Below are positions 38,377-47,467 of a stretch of 64,000 nt of DNA, piece after piece (the stretch's first letter is position 1; each line of letters opens with the position of its first letter). The DNA comes from a virus (taxonomy: Duplodnaviria; Caudoviricetes). The notes under the pieces were generated by a model that was not told where the DNA came from, searched no databases, and saw only the letters and a program-made list of their open reading frames with translations. The stretch lies in IMG/VR virus record IMGVR_UViG_3300047160_010816, positions 13,188-77,187 of that record, one strand, 5' to 3'. The translations under genes and the position numbers were made by a program.

Positions 38377-39034
38377 CTGCGGCGTGTCCGTGTTCTCCCT
38401 GACCCTGCGGGGACAGGAGCTGGGAGTGTCCTTCGCCCGCCTGACCACGTCGGCCCAGCTCGACTATCTCATCGTCTGGGCGGCCAACGAAGGTTACGCC
38501 ACGGTCGCCCTCGACCACGCCGGCGGCCTCCAGAGCATCCTGATCAAGGAAGTCGGTGGCTATGCCGATGTGCCCATCGTCCGCAACTGGGGCATGTTAA
38601 GACAGGAGCAGTGGGGAGTGGTCAACCAGCAGACCAACGAGCGACTGGCCAAGCTGTTCGCCCTGGCCGACCTCTATCAGACCAACGTCGTGGTCATCGC
38701 CCACGAGCGCGACTTCACCAACACGAACGTCAGCGCCGAGATCCTCCAGCCGCACGTCGGGTCGGCCCTGACGCCGGGGAGCAAGGAGTTCCTCGACGGG
38801 GCCGCCGACAACATCGGCCAGACCTTCATCCGCAAGAAGGAGATGTGGCAGGAAGTGTCGGTGGCCGGTGGCCCGCCCGAGAAGATCAAGGTGCCCACGG
38901 GGGAGACCGAGTACTGCCTCCGCGTCGGCCGCAACCCGGTCTACCAGACCGGCTTCCGGGTGCCTCCCGACGTGGACCTCCCCGACGCCATCGTGGACCC
39001 GAACTGGTCCAAGATCGCCGCTATTCTGGGGTAG
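38132..39034 (+). CDS. AAA ATPase (Sak4/AAA_24-like recombination protein)
   Basis: VYGRSKTGKT, ALDH, VVVIAHE. Confidence 0.8.
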   Translation: MPTIKKQSPTNNQTAARPVQARTAQPAAVGEQVKGVKLSVYGRSKTGKTRLACSFPKPLLLIGTEDGTKSVCTGRSGETKLDCGVSVFSLTLRGQELGVSFARLTTSAQLDYLIVWAANEGYATVALDHAGGLQSILIKEVGGYADVPIVRNWGMLRQEQWGVVNQQTNERLAKLFALADLYQTNVVVIAHERDFTNTNVSAEILQPHVGSALTPGSKEFLDGAADNIGQTFIRKKEMWQEVSVAGGPPEKIKVPTGETEYCLRVGRNPVYQTGFRVPPDVDLPDAIVDPNWSKIAAILG

Positions 39035-39057
39035 GTGCCGAGCCCTTTTAACGCGAG

Positions 39058-39083
39058 TTGACGACGCCCGAAAATGTTATAAT
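39058..39083 (+). promoter_or_regulatory. Candidate promoter
   Basis: TTGACG-N14-TATAAT with TGn. Confidence 0.45.
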
Positions 39084-39125
39084 CGTAGGCTGTCCAATAG
39101 TTTCCACTAACACGAACGGAAAGGA

Positions 39126-40352
39126 ATGATCATGCCTGGACAGGTCCAACAGTCCATCAGTTTCGCCAGCCGCGCGGCCGAGATCGCCAACCTCGGCAAG
39201 ACCATTCTGGCGCGCGACCCGGAGATCGGCCGGCCGCAGGTCCCGCCGGGGATTAACAACGGCATCGTCCGCCTGACCGACTGCCGCTACGCCCTCATCG
39301 ACAAGGAGGGGGAGACCAAAGGCAAGCCGCAGTGGATCGCCACTGCGGTCATCCTCCTGCCCAGAACGCACGGCAATACCAAGACGGAAGGGATGACCTT
39401 CAGCCGGTCCGTGCCCCTCTACGACACGCCCCGGAGCGGGGGCAAAAGGAAGTCGTTCGGGGACCACTTCACCTTCGTCGTGGACAACCTCCGCGCCCTG
39501 GGCGTGCTCGACAAGATGATGGTCAATGAGCAGGGCCTCCTCGACGATGCCAAAATCCAGGCGGCGATGGCCATGCTCAAGAAGGCGGCCCCCTGCTTCC
39601 ACTTCCGCAGCTGGCGGGGCAAGCAGCAGGACATCGAGCAGTCGGCCAACGGCAGCTGGATTCTCACCGGCGACAAAAACGACCGCTCCTGGCCCACGCG
39701 GGAAGCGGCGGAGACGGCCAACCCCTACGCGGGCAAGGAGCGGCTCGTCAACATCGAGTGGCTGGGTCGCTGCGACGCCCCGCCCGAGGTCGAGGCCGCT
39801 GCCCACGTCGTCGATCAGACGGGCAAGCCGAGCGGCAACGGGCTGGCCGGCGCGGGTCAGCAGACGTTCAACGAGTTCCAGGGTGGGGGTGGAGGAGCAA
39901 GCACCGTCAACATGGATGACTACGAGGCCCTGATTGAGCTGGCCGTGCAGGAGACGGCCGCCGGGGAGGCCGCTGCCGAACGGCTGACCTCGGCCGGTCT
40001 CGCAGCGGGCATGAGCCAGAAGGAGATCCAGGAGGCCGACAGCTGGGACGCGGTCGTGCAGAGGATTCGGGCCGGCGCACCCTCTGCTCCTACAGCCTCG
40101 GCCACCCAGACTGCTGCTGCGGAGGACCAGGGGGAGCCGCCGCCCGTGCTGCGCAAGGTCTACCGCTACCGCCCGATTGACCCCAACACGGGCAAGCCGG
40201 CGGTCAACCCCAAGTCGAAGAAGCCCCTCAAGGTCGAGGCCAAGGTCACGAAGGTCAACACGGCCGACAGGACCGTCAACCTCCTCAACCAGGACGACCA
40301 GAAGACCACGTACAAGGACGTGTCCTGGGACGCCCTGGAGGAAATGGGGTAG
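39126..40352 (+). CDS. Putative ssDNA-binding or recombination protein
   Basis: Follows the Sak4-like ATPase; beta-rich N-terminal domain with linkers; inferred from position. Confidence 0.4.
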   Translation: MIMPGQVQQSISFASRAAEIANLGKTILARDPEIGRPQVPPGINNGIVRLTDCRYALIDKEGETKGKPQWIATAVILLPRTHGNTKTEGMTFSRSVPLYDTPRSGGKRKSFGDHFTFVVDNLRALGVLDKMMVNEQGLLDDAKIQAAMAMLKKAAPCFHFRSWRGKQQDIEQSANGSWILTGDKNDRSWPTREAAETANPYAGKERLVNIEWLGRCDAPPEVEAAAHVVDQTGKPSGNGLAGAGQQTFNEFQGGGGGASTVNMDDYEALIELAVQETAAGEAAAERLTSAGLAAGMSQKEIQEADSWDAVVQRIRAGAPSAPTASATQTAAAEDQGEPPPVLRKVYRYRPIDPNTGKPAVNPKSKKPLKVEAKVTKVNTADRTVNLLNQDDQKTTYKDVSWDALEEMG

Positions 40353-40431
40353 AGTACCTCCAGTACCCTGGGGCCGCTTTACGCGGTTTCTCGGCCCCTC
40401 CGCCGGGTGGGTAAAGCCCGGCATCGTACAC

Positions 40432-40476
40432 GGCCGGCGTCTCATCGCCTGAGACCGTTGCCCTTTCTGCCGGCCC
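40432..40476 (+). ncRNA. TIGR-like unit
   Basis: GGCCGGCGT-CTCATCGCC-TGAGACCGT-TGCCCTTTC-TGCCGGCCC. Confidence 0.85.
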
Positions 40477-40499
40477 CACTTACACGAAAGGATCCTACT

Positions 40500-40766
40500 G
40501 TGGCCCGACAACTGAAGCAACGACTACGAAGATTGGAGCGCGCCCTCGACCGCGTGGCCGTCCGCGACTCCAGCCGCGCCGAGGAGGCCGTCGATGAACT
40601 GGTCAAAGTCTGCCTCGATTGCCCGGCCCGGCAGAGCAGCGATGAGGATACGGAGGACTCCCTCTATGATTACATCTCGTGGGGGGAGAATGTGGTGAAG
40701 GCGGCCGAGGAGGTCCGCCGGCTCCTGGCCCTGGAGGCCGCCGGTGCTCCCGTGGTCCGGCGCTGA
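40500..40766 (+). CDS. Hypothetical protein
   Basis: GTG start after AAAGGA, lying between guide units. Confidence 0.55.
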   Translation: MARQLKQRLRRLERALDRVAVRDSSRAEEAVDELVKVCLDCPARQSSDEDTEDSLYDYISWGENVVKAAEEVRRLLALEAAGAPVVRR

Positions 40767-40773
40767 TGCTATT

Positions 40774-41027
40774 GGCCGGCGTACACCCACCTGAGACCGC
40801 TTCGCATGGTGCCGGCCCTATTATCCCTGGACGCTCCAAAATCATTTCCCCTCTGGGCGAATGCTGGAGATGTGTCCTCCGCGGCAGTGGGTAAAGCTGC
40901 CGCACAACCTACTGGCCGGCGTGGTATCCCGTGAGACCGTAGCTCCTGGTGCCGGCCCTTTGACAACTTAACTGCTCCTCTGGGCCGGCGTGATTGACAC
41001 TGGGACCGTTGCATTCCGTGCCGGCCC
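40774..41027 (+). ncRNA. Three spaced TIGR-like units in the DNA polymerase leader
   Basis: Units at 40774-40818, 40914-40958 and 40983-41027, each GGCCGGCGT-N9-TG(A/G)GACCG(T/C)-N9-TGCCGGCCC. Confidence 0.85.
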
Positions 41028-41050
41028 CCTCTTCCCCCAGGAATAGACGT

Positions 41051-43246
41051 ATGCTGGCAATAGATACCGAGTGTACCGGCGTGGATTTTCGCCACGGCGC
41101 ACGCCCTTTCTTCGTGACGACCTGTGACGATGAAGGGAAGAAGACTCACTGGGAGTGGGACGTGGACCCCGTCACCCGCCAACCGGAGATACCACCCGGC
41201 GACCTGGCGGAGATCAAGGTCCTCTTCGACCAGGCGAAGGGCTGGTCGAAGTTCTCCGCGGACGTGCGGGAGCGACACGCCCTCGTCTTCCAGAATGCCA
41301 AGTTCGACATTCATATGCTGGCCTCGATCCTACCCGGCATCCTCGACGGCTTCCCCTGGATATTGGTCCGTGACACGCTGCCGGCCGGACATTTGCTGGG
41401 CAGTAATCTGCCCCACAACCTCACTGACATGGCCTCGGAGTATCTGGGCGAGGACATCCAGCCCTATGAGGACCGGCTCAAGAAGGCCACGCAGGAGGCG
41501 CGGCGGGTCGTGCAGTCGGCCCGCCAGCGGCTGAAGAAGGGCAAGGGCGACGAAGAGGACGAACAGCTGGCCGCCTTCCGCATCGCCGGCGCGGGCTTGC
41601 CCGAGATGCCGTCCGCCAAGGGGGAGTGCTGGAGACAAGACTACTGGCTGCCACGGGCGCTGTGCGCCTTCTTCGGCCACGAGCCCGACCACCCCTGGTG
41701 GACGGTCCTGTCCGCCTACGCCCTCAAGGACTCCGAGACGACCATGCTCCTCTGGCTGGCCCTCCGCGCCGAGATCGACCGGCGCGGCCTCGGCAAGGTC
41801 TTCGCGGCCGTCCCCTGCCGGCTGCCCGAGATCGCCCACGGCATGGAGCGGCGGGGGATAACGCTCAACGACGGCCGCCGGCTGTCCCTGACACGCCGCT
41901 ACGTCACCGAGGGGGAGGCGGCTGGCGGCGTCTGCCGGAGGATCGCCGCCGACCGCGGCTACGAACTCGTCTTGCCCGACGGCAACGTCAACCGGAGCCT
42001 GACCGAGTTCATGTATGGCAAGCGCGGCCTCTCTCTGCTCCCCCTGAAACGCTCGCCCAAGACGGGCAACCCGAGCCTCGACCGGGCCACCCTGGAAGAG
42101 TACGAGGCCACGTTAGAGGCGGCCGATCAGCTGGAGTTCATCGAGTCGCTGCTGGGCCGGAGGCGGCGGTCCACGGCGGCGACCTACCTGAAGGGCTATG
42201 GCCGCTTCATGCTGCCTCTGGGCTGCGAGGACCCGGGGGCGGTGGCCGAGTACCTCTGCTCCCGCGTCTCCGATGGCGACGGCTGGTTCCGGCTCTTCCC
42301 GTCTCTCAACCCGACTGGTACGGACACTCTGAGGTGGTCGTTCAAGAACCCCAACTCGGCCAACATCTCGAAGCAGGAGAAGTTCAACATCCGCTTCGTG
42401 TTCGGCCCCGCGCCGGGCCGGGAGTGGTGGAGCCTCGACGCCAAAAACCTGGAGCTGCGTCTGCCTGCCTACCTGTGTGACGAGAAGGAGATGATCGCCC
42501 TCTTCGAGAAGCCCGACGAGCCGCCCTATTACGGGAGCAACCACCTCCTCAATTTCCACACCGTCTACCCGGACATCTGGGAGGCGGCCCTCCGGGAGGT
42601 CGGCTTCGAGAAGGTGGGTCCGCACTGCAAGGAGCGTTACGAGGCGTCCTGGTATCAGTGGTGCAAGAACGGGGACTTCGCCAAGCTCTACGGCTGCCAG
42701 GAGCGCAAGGGTGATGCCACGTTTCATAGAAAGGGGGCCTACCGCCAGATCGATGATCGCTTCAGGAGGATGGCCGAGCTGAACCGGCGCGTGGTCCGCG
42801 GCGCGGAGAAGAAGGGGTACGTCGAGACGATCCCCGACCGGACGGTGGACCCCGACCACGGCTACCCGCTGCTTGTGTCCAGGACGGAGCGCGGCGTCGA
42901 GCCGACCAAGCCGCTCTGCTACATGATCCAGGGCTCGGCCATGTGGTGGACGGATAAGGCGATGGTCCGCTGCTCGGACCGGCTGACCGAATGGGGCAGG
43001 GAGGACGGCTACGACGGCAACATCGCCATTCAGCAGCACGACGAACTTGTGTTTGATCTGCCGAAGGTCGGGGACCCGGTGGCGGAGATGAAAGGTCTGG
43101 CCCCGGGGGGCAGTAGTAACCTGAACCGTGTTAGGATACTACGGTCTCTGATGGAGATGGGCGGCAGCACCGATTTCGGCATCCCCACTCCGGTCGGCAT
43201 GAAGTACCACCCGACCCACTGGGGGGAGGGAGTGACTCTCTCGTGA
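41051..43246 (+). CDS. polA: Family A DNA polymerase with 3'-5' exonuclease
   Basis: AIDTECTG, QNAKFD, YALKD; SLDAKNLELR, KNGDFAKLYG, QQHDELVF. Confidence 0.93.
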   Translation: MLAIDTECTGVDFRHGARPFFVTTCDDEGKKTHWEWDVDPVTRQPEIPPGDLAEIKVLFDQAKGWSKFSADVRERHALVFQNAKFDIHMLASILPGILDGFPWILVRDTLPAGHLLGSNLPHNLTDMASEYLGEDIQPYEDRLKKATQEARRVVQSARQRLKKGKGDEEDEQLAAFRIAGAGLPEMPSAKGECWRQDYWLPRALCAFFGHEPDHPWWTVLSAYALKDSETTMLLWLALRAEIDRRGLGKVFAAVPCRLPEIAHGMERRGITLNDGRRLSLTRRYVTEGEAAGGVCRRIAADRGYELVLPDGNVNRSLTEFMYGKRGLSLLPLKRSPKTGNPSLDRATLEEYEATLEAADQLEFIESLLGRRRRSTAATYLKGYGRFMLPLGCEDPGAVAEYLCSRVSDGDGWFRLFPSLNPTGTDTLRWSFKNPNSANISKQEKFNIRFVFGPAPGREWWSLDAKNLELRLPAYLCDEKEMIALFEKPDEPPYYGSNHLLNFHTVYPDIWEAALREVGFEKVGPHCKERYEASWYQWCKNGDFAKLYGCQERKGDATFHRKGAYRQIDDRFRRMAELNRRVVRGAEKKGYVETIPDRTVDPDHGYPLLVSRTERGVEPTKPLCYMIQGSAMWWTDKAMVRCSDRLTEWGREDGYDGNIAIQQHDELVFDLPKVGDPVAEMKGLAPGGSSNLNRVRILRSLMEMGGSTDFGIPTPVGMKYHPTHWGEGVTLS

Positions 43247-43265
43247 GGAAGAAAGGAGGGGAGCA

Positions 43266-43640
43266 ATGACTGGACCTGACCAGGGCGACCCGAAGAAATT
43301 GTACCGCAGGGGGGACCCGGCCACGAGCGCCGAGGCGGCCCACGCGGTCGCGCCCAACCTGGCGGGGATGAAGTTGGAGTGTCTGTGCCTGATCCGCCAG
43401 TACCCGGACTCCACCCAGCGCGAGCTGGACGAGTACTCGGCCCTCCGTGGCAAGCAGAGGGGGGTCAGCAGGCGCTGCTCGGAACTGGTCGGCCTCGGCT
43501 ACGCCTACGTGAGCGGGCGGAGGAAGTGTCGGTATTCGACCAGGAGGACCTGTAACACCTACCGGGAAACACCTCAGACGGAAAGGAGGGACCATGATCA
43601 TGAAGGGGAGAAAGGGAAAGGCCCGCAGGGGAAAGGGTAA
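43266..43640 (+). CDS. Winged-helix-like DNA-binding protein
   Basis: RRGDPATSAEAA...TQRELD...SRRCSELV..G. Confidence 0.6.
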   Translation: MTGPDQGDPKKLYRRGDPATSAEAAHAVAPNLAGMKLECLCLIRQYPDSTQRELDEYSALRGKQRGVSRRCSELVGLGYAYVSGRRKCRYSTRRTCNTYRETPQTERRDHDHEGEKGKGPQGKG

Positions 43641-43908
43641 GGTGCCGTGCGACTGCCCGAAGTGCTGCCCGGGCAAGTACCAGTTTATTCCTGTTAGCGG
43701 CACGGTCGGGGCCGAGTGGGCGGTCGAGCTGGCCCGGGTCGTTTCCAGTCGGTCGAAGAGGGTCATCATCGCGGGCGCGCCCTGGGAGGACTACAAGATC
43801 GCCCGCGTGAAGCTGGCCCTCGACTTTGGTAAGAAGGGGCTGGGCTTCGCCTTCCGAGCCCTGGTCGAGGGCTGGGACGGCTACCGTCTGAATCGGGATA
43901 TGTACTAG
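43594..43908 (+). CDS. Hypothetical protein
   Basis: CDCPKC motif. Confidence 0.5.
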   Translation: MIMKGRKGKARRGKGKVPCDCPKCCPGKYQFIPVSGTVGAEWAVELARVVSSRSKRVIIAGAPWEDYKIARVKLALDFGKKGLGFAFRALVEGWDGYRLNRDMY

Positions 43909-43914
43909 AGGACG

Positions 43915-43960
43915 TGCCCGGCGTTCGTGGCTCTGGGACCGTAGCTGTTGGTGCCGGGCA
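43915..43960 (+). ncRNA. TIGR-like unit
   Basis: TGCCCGGCGT-TCGTGGCTC-TGGGACCGT-AGCTGTTGG-TGCCGGGCA. Confidence 0.8.
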
Positions 43961-44019
43961 AAGGAAAACCCCAGAGGAGCAATACTCCTCTGGGGTCTCT
44001 CCCTGGGAGGGGTTGGGCA

Positions 44020-44529
44020 TTACTTCTTGGCGGCCTTCGTGGTCTTCTTCGTCTTTTTCGGCCTGACCGTTACGGGGTCGGCCGGCTTCGTGTTGACCTG
44101 CTTGCGGGCCAGCAGCGCCTTGGTAACGTAGGGCCTGGCCTTCTCCAGTGCCTTCCTTCCTCTGGCCGTGGCCTGGTAGACGGCCCCGCGGGCCGGGTCG
44201 TAGCTGGAGCGGATGTAGCCCAGCGTCAGGAGGGACGGATAGTTGGTCGCCCGCCGGCAGCGGTTACCCTGGCGGTCGAGCCAGTCCTCCCCGACCGTCT
44301 CCATCTGGTTGCTGGCCTCGGGGTCGTACATGCCGTCGGCGTCCACCCGGCCGAGACCCTGGACCACGGTGGTGGAGTGGATGCCAGCCCGCTTGGCGAT
44401 CTCGCGGCGGGACAGCTCAGCGCCGCCCAGGGCCAGCATGATGCGGACCTGGACCATGCTGGGCAGGTAGTCCCTCCAGGTGGGCTCCGCCTTACCGTTT
44501 TTCTTGTCGGGTGTCGTGGCGGTGGCCAT
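44020..44529 (-). CDS. wHTH-like regulator
   Basis: LSRREIAKRAGI...Y.AT.RGRKAL; AGAGGAGCAAG RBS. Confidence 0.6.
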   Translation of the reverse strand: MATATTPDKKNGKAEPTWRDYLPSMVQVRIMLALGGAELSRREIAKRAGIHSTTVVQGLGRVDADGMYDPEASNQMETVGEDWLDRQGNRCRRATNYPSLLTLGYIRSSYDPARGAVYQATARGRKALEKARPYVTKALLARKQVNTKPADPVTVRPKKTKKTTKAAKK

Positions 44530-44648
44530 GTCTTGCTCCTCTGGGTAGGTGGTGTCGGTGTCTGTCGTGGGCTAGTCATATTGTAGGGGAGCAGTCAAGC
44601 GGACCGCAAGGCTGCTCCTCCGGATTCCGGGACAACGGGGAGGTTAAC

Positions 44649-46919
44649 GTGCCGACTACGAAGAGGGACAAGGAGAAAACGCGCGAGGCCCCGGAGGGGG
44701 TCGCCGCCTATCTGGCCCACGGCCTCGACCTGGACTGGGAGGGCAGAGAGCAGGCGCGGGGGGACTGCCCCTTCTGTGGCGGGGAACAGAAGTTCCACGT
44801 CAACGTGGGGAACAGCAAGGGCGACTGCAAGGCGTGCGTCTGGCAGGGGAACGCGACCACGTTCCTCCAGAAGCTCTGGGAGGTCTCCGACGAGCGCACG
44901 GCCGGGCAGGACTACAAGGGCCTGGCGGCCGAGCGCGGGCTGCTCTACCCGGAGACGCTCCAGGACTGGCCGGCGGGCCGGTCGGCGGTGGACGGCCAGT
45001 GGCTGTTGCCGGGCTACGCCACCGACGGCCGGCTCCTCCAGCTTTACCGCTACGTCTACAGCCGGCCGCGGCGGCGGCACTACCTGCTGGCCACGAAGGG
45101 GTTCACCCATTATCTGTTTGGCGTGCCCCACTTTAACCCCAAGGCCCATACCGTCCTCGTGACGGAGGGGCCGTGGGACGGGATGGTGCTCTGGGAAACA
45201 CTGCTGGGCTCCAAGTGGGGGGAGCGGGCCGGGGAGGTGGTGGCCACGGCCAGCAAGAGCGCCAGCCTCGGCTCCGAATACGCGGTCCTGTCCACCCCGT
45301 CGTGCAACGTCTTCGACCAGCGCTGGTGCGGTCTGTTCGCGGGGAAGAAGGTCGTGCTCCTCTACGACTCGGACCACCCCAAGAACGGCCAGCCCTCCGC
45401 CGGTTGGGCCGGCATGAAGCACGCCGCGGAGGTCCTGGCCTGCGCCGAGCAGCAGCCCGAGTCGGTCTCCTGTATTCGCTGGGGTCCGGACGGCTACGAC
45501 CCGGACCGGAAGGACGGCTACGACATCCGCGACTTCATCCGGGAAGAAGGCGGCGACAGCGCGGCCGGGCGGGCGGTTGCTTTCGGTAAGCTGCTGACCA
45601 TGACCGCGCCGATCCCGGCCGAGTGGGTGGCCGGCCGGTCGGCCACGTCCGCGGCGGACGGCAAGGTCGGCCTGGAGTGCCTGCCCTGTTCGTCCTGGTC
45701 GGAGGTGGTCAACGCCTGGCGCGGCAGCGGCATGAAGTGGATCGAGGGCCTTGACCGCTGCCTCTCCCTGTGCCTGGCCTCGGTCCTGTCCACGAAGACG
45801 CTCGGGGACCCGATCTGGTTGAAGGTGGTGTCGCCGGCGTCCACGGGCAAGAGCACCTTGTGCGAGGCCCTGGCGGTGGCCAAGAAGTACGTATTCTCGA
45901 ACTCAACCATGCGCGGCTTCCATTCGGGGTACAAGAGCGACCGCGAGGGGGCCATCGACCACGGCCTCGTACCCCTCGTTAACGGCAAGACCCTGGTCAC
46001 GAAGGACGGCGACACGCTGCTGTCCGCGCCCAACCTGGCCCAGATCCTCAGTGAGGCCCGCGACCTCTACGACTGCACCTGCCGCGTCCACTACCGCCAC
46101 GGCGTCCGCCGCGACTACGAGGACGTACGCATGACCTGGATTCTGTGCGGCACGAACGCCCTCCGCCGCCTCGACTCCAGCGAGCTGGGGGAGCGGTTCC
46201 TCGACTGCGTCATCATGGCCGCCATCGACGAGGTCCTGGAGAGGGAGGTCAATCGGCGCGTCTTCTACCGCTCCGTCAATTCCGTCCGCGTCATCGCCGA
46301 CGGCACGCCCGAGAGCCGGGAGACGCCGGAGAAGATACTGGCGAAGCAGCTGACCGGTGGCTACGTCGAGTACCTGCGTGACAACGCGGAAGCCCTCCTC
46401 CGCGGCATCCTGGTCCCCGACGACTACGCCGAGCGCTGCATCGACTACGGGACGTTCGTCGCCTACATGCGGGCGAGGCCCTCCAAGCTCCAGGAAGAGA
46501 TCAGCGAGCGCGAGTTCAGCAGCCGGCTCGTCGGCCAGCTGGCCCGCCTGTCGGTCTGCCTGAGCGCCGTCCTGGGTAAGGACTCGGTGGACGCGGAGGT
46601 GGAGCGGCGGGTGCGGCAGACGGCCCTGGACACGTCGCGCGGGGCCACCCTCGACATCGCCCGCGCCCTCTACCGGGTCGGCGCGGAGGGGGCCGGCGTC
46701 GGCACCATCATGTACTACACGAACCACTCGGAGAACGAGGAGAAGAAACTGCTCCGCTTCCTGTGCCAGATCGGCGTCACCGAGGTCTTCTCGCCCAACG
46801 AGGGTATCGGCAACCGGAGGCACTACCGCCTGACCACCCGTCTCAAGCGCCTCTACCACGCCGCCACGGGCGAAGAGCCGCCGGCACCTCCGGAGGACCC
46901 GGACTACGCCATGGACTAG
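44649..46919 (+). CDS. Primase-helicase (Zn finger, TOPRIM-like, MCM-like AAA+)
   Basis: CPFC...CKAC; VTEGPWD, LYDSD; SPASTGKS; LGERF. Confidence 0.85.
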   Translation: MPTTKRDKEKTREAPEGVAAYLAHGLDLDWEGREQARGDCPFCGGEQKFHVNVGNSKGDCKACVWQGNATTFLQKLWEVSDERTAGQDYKGLAAERGLLYPETLQDWPAGRSAVDGQWLLPGYATDGRLLQLYRYVYSRPRRRHYLLATKGFTHYLFGVPHFNPKAHTVLVTEGPWDGMVLWETLLGSKWGERAGEVVATASKSASLGSEYAVLSTPSCNVFDQRWCGLFAGKKVVLLYDSDHPKNGQPSAGWAGMKHAAEVLACAEQQPESVSCIRWGPDGYDPDRKDGYDIRDFIREEGGDSAAGRAVAFGKLLTMTAPIPAEWVAGRSATSAADGKVGLECLPCSSWSEVVNAWRGSGMKWIEGLDRCLSLCLASVLSTKTLGDPIWLKVVSPASTGKSTLCEALAVAKKYVFSNSTMRGFHSGYKSDREGAIDHGLVPLVNGKTLVTKDGDTLLSAPNLAQILSEARDLYDCTCRVHYRHGVRRDYEDVRMTWILCGTNALRRLDSSELGERFLDCVIMAAIDEVLEREVNRRVFYRSVNSVRVIADGTPESRETPEKILAKQLTGGYVEYLRDNAEALLRGILVPDDYAERCIDYGTFVAYMRARPSKLQEEISEREFSSRLVGQLARLSVCLSAVLGKDSVDAEVERRVRQTALDTSRGATLDIARALYRVGAEGAGVGTIMYYTNHSENEEKKLLRFLCQIGVTEVFSPNEGIGNRRHYRLTTRLKRLYHAATGEEPPAPPEDPDYAMD

Positions 46920-46988
46920 GCAGGACGCGGGCCGGGCCGACTTCGTGTATACTGGTCCTGTGGCCGATCTCTACCAGCTACCGACGTA

Positions 46989-47435
46989 TTGCCGGAAAGG
47001 GGGCTCTCCGTGTTGACCGACCTCATCCTGCCGAGTACACTGCTAGAGGAGCAAAGTGCTCCTGTTAGAAGGAGGGCCGAACAGGCCGTCTGCTTCCACT
47101 GCAAGAAGAAGACCTGGCACCCCTGCCGCGGTCTCTGTAACGGCTGTCACCGCAGTCCGGCGATCAGAGAACTTTACCCGGTGCTCAAGGGGAATTCAGC
47201 CCAGAAGACGCCCAGCCTAGGCACGCGGGTCAAATTGCCGCTGCCCTTACCGGCCGAGCCGACCGACGCTGAGCCCGGTAGCGACGCGAAGATCCGAGTG
47301 CTCATGGCCCGCCTGGAGCGCGAGGAGCACCTGTGGCACCCGCAGGACCGCAACTGCCTTCCCGTGCGTGAGGACTACTTGCTCTCCGGCAACGGCGTCC
47401 GGCTCTGCCGCATCCTCGGGAGGGCCGATTACTGA
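46989..47435 (+). CDS. Zn-finger hypothetical protein (true start probably downstream)
   Basis: CFHC...RGLCNGC. Confidence 0.5.
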   Translation: MPERGLSVLTDLILPSTLLEEQSAPVRRRAEQAVCFHCKKKTWHPCRGLCNGCHRSPAIRELYPVLKGNSAQKTPSLGTRVKLPLPLPAEPTDAEPGSDAKIRVLMARLEREEHLWHPQDRNCLPVREDYLLSGNGVRLCRILGRADY

Positions 47436-47467
47436 CAGACTACTACGGACACGGAAAGAGAGGAGCA

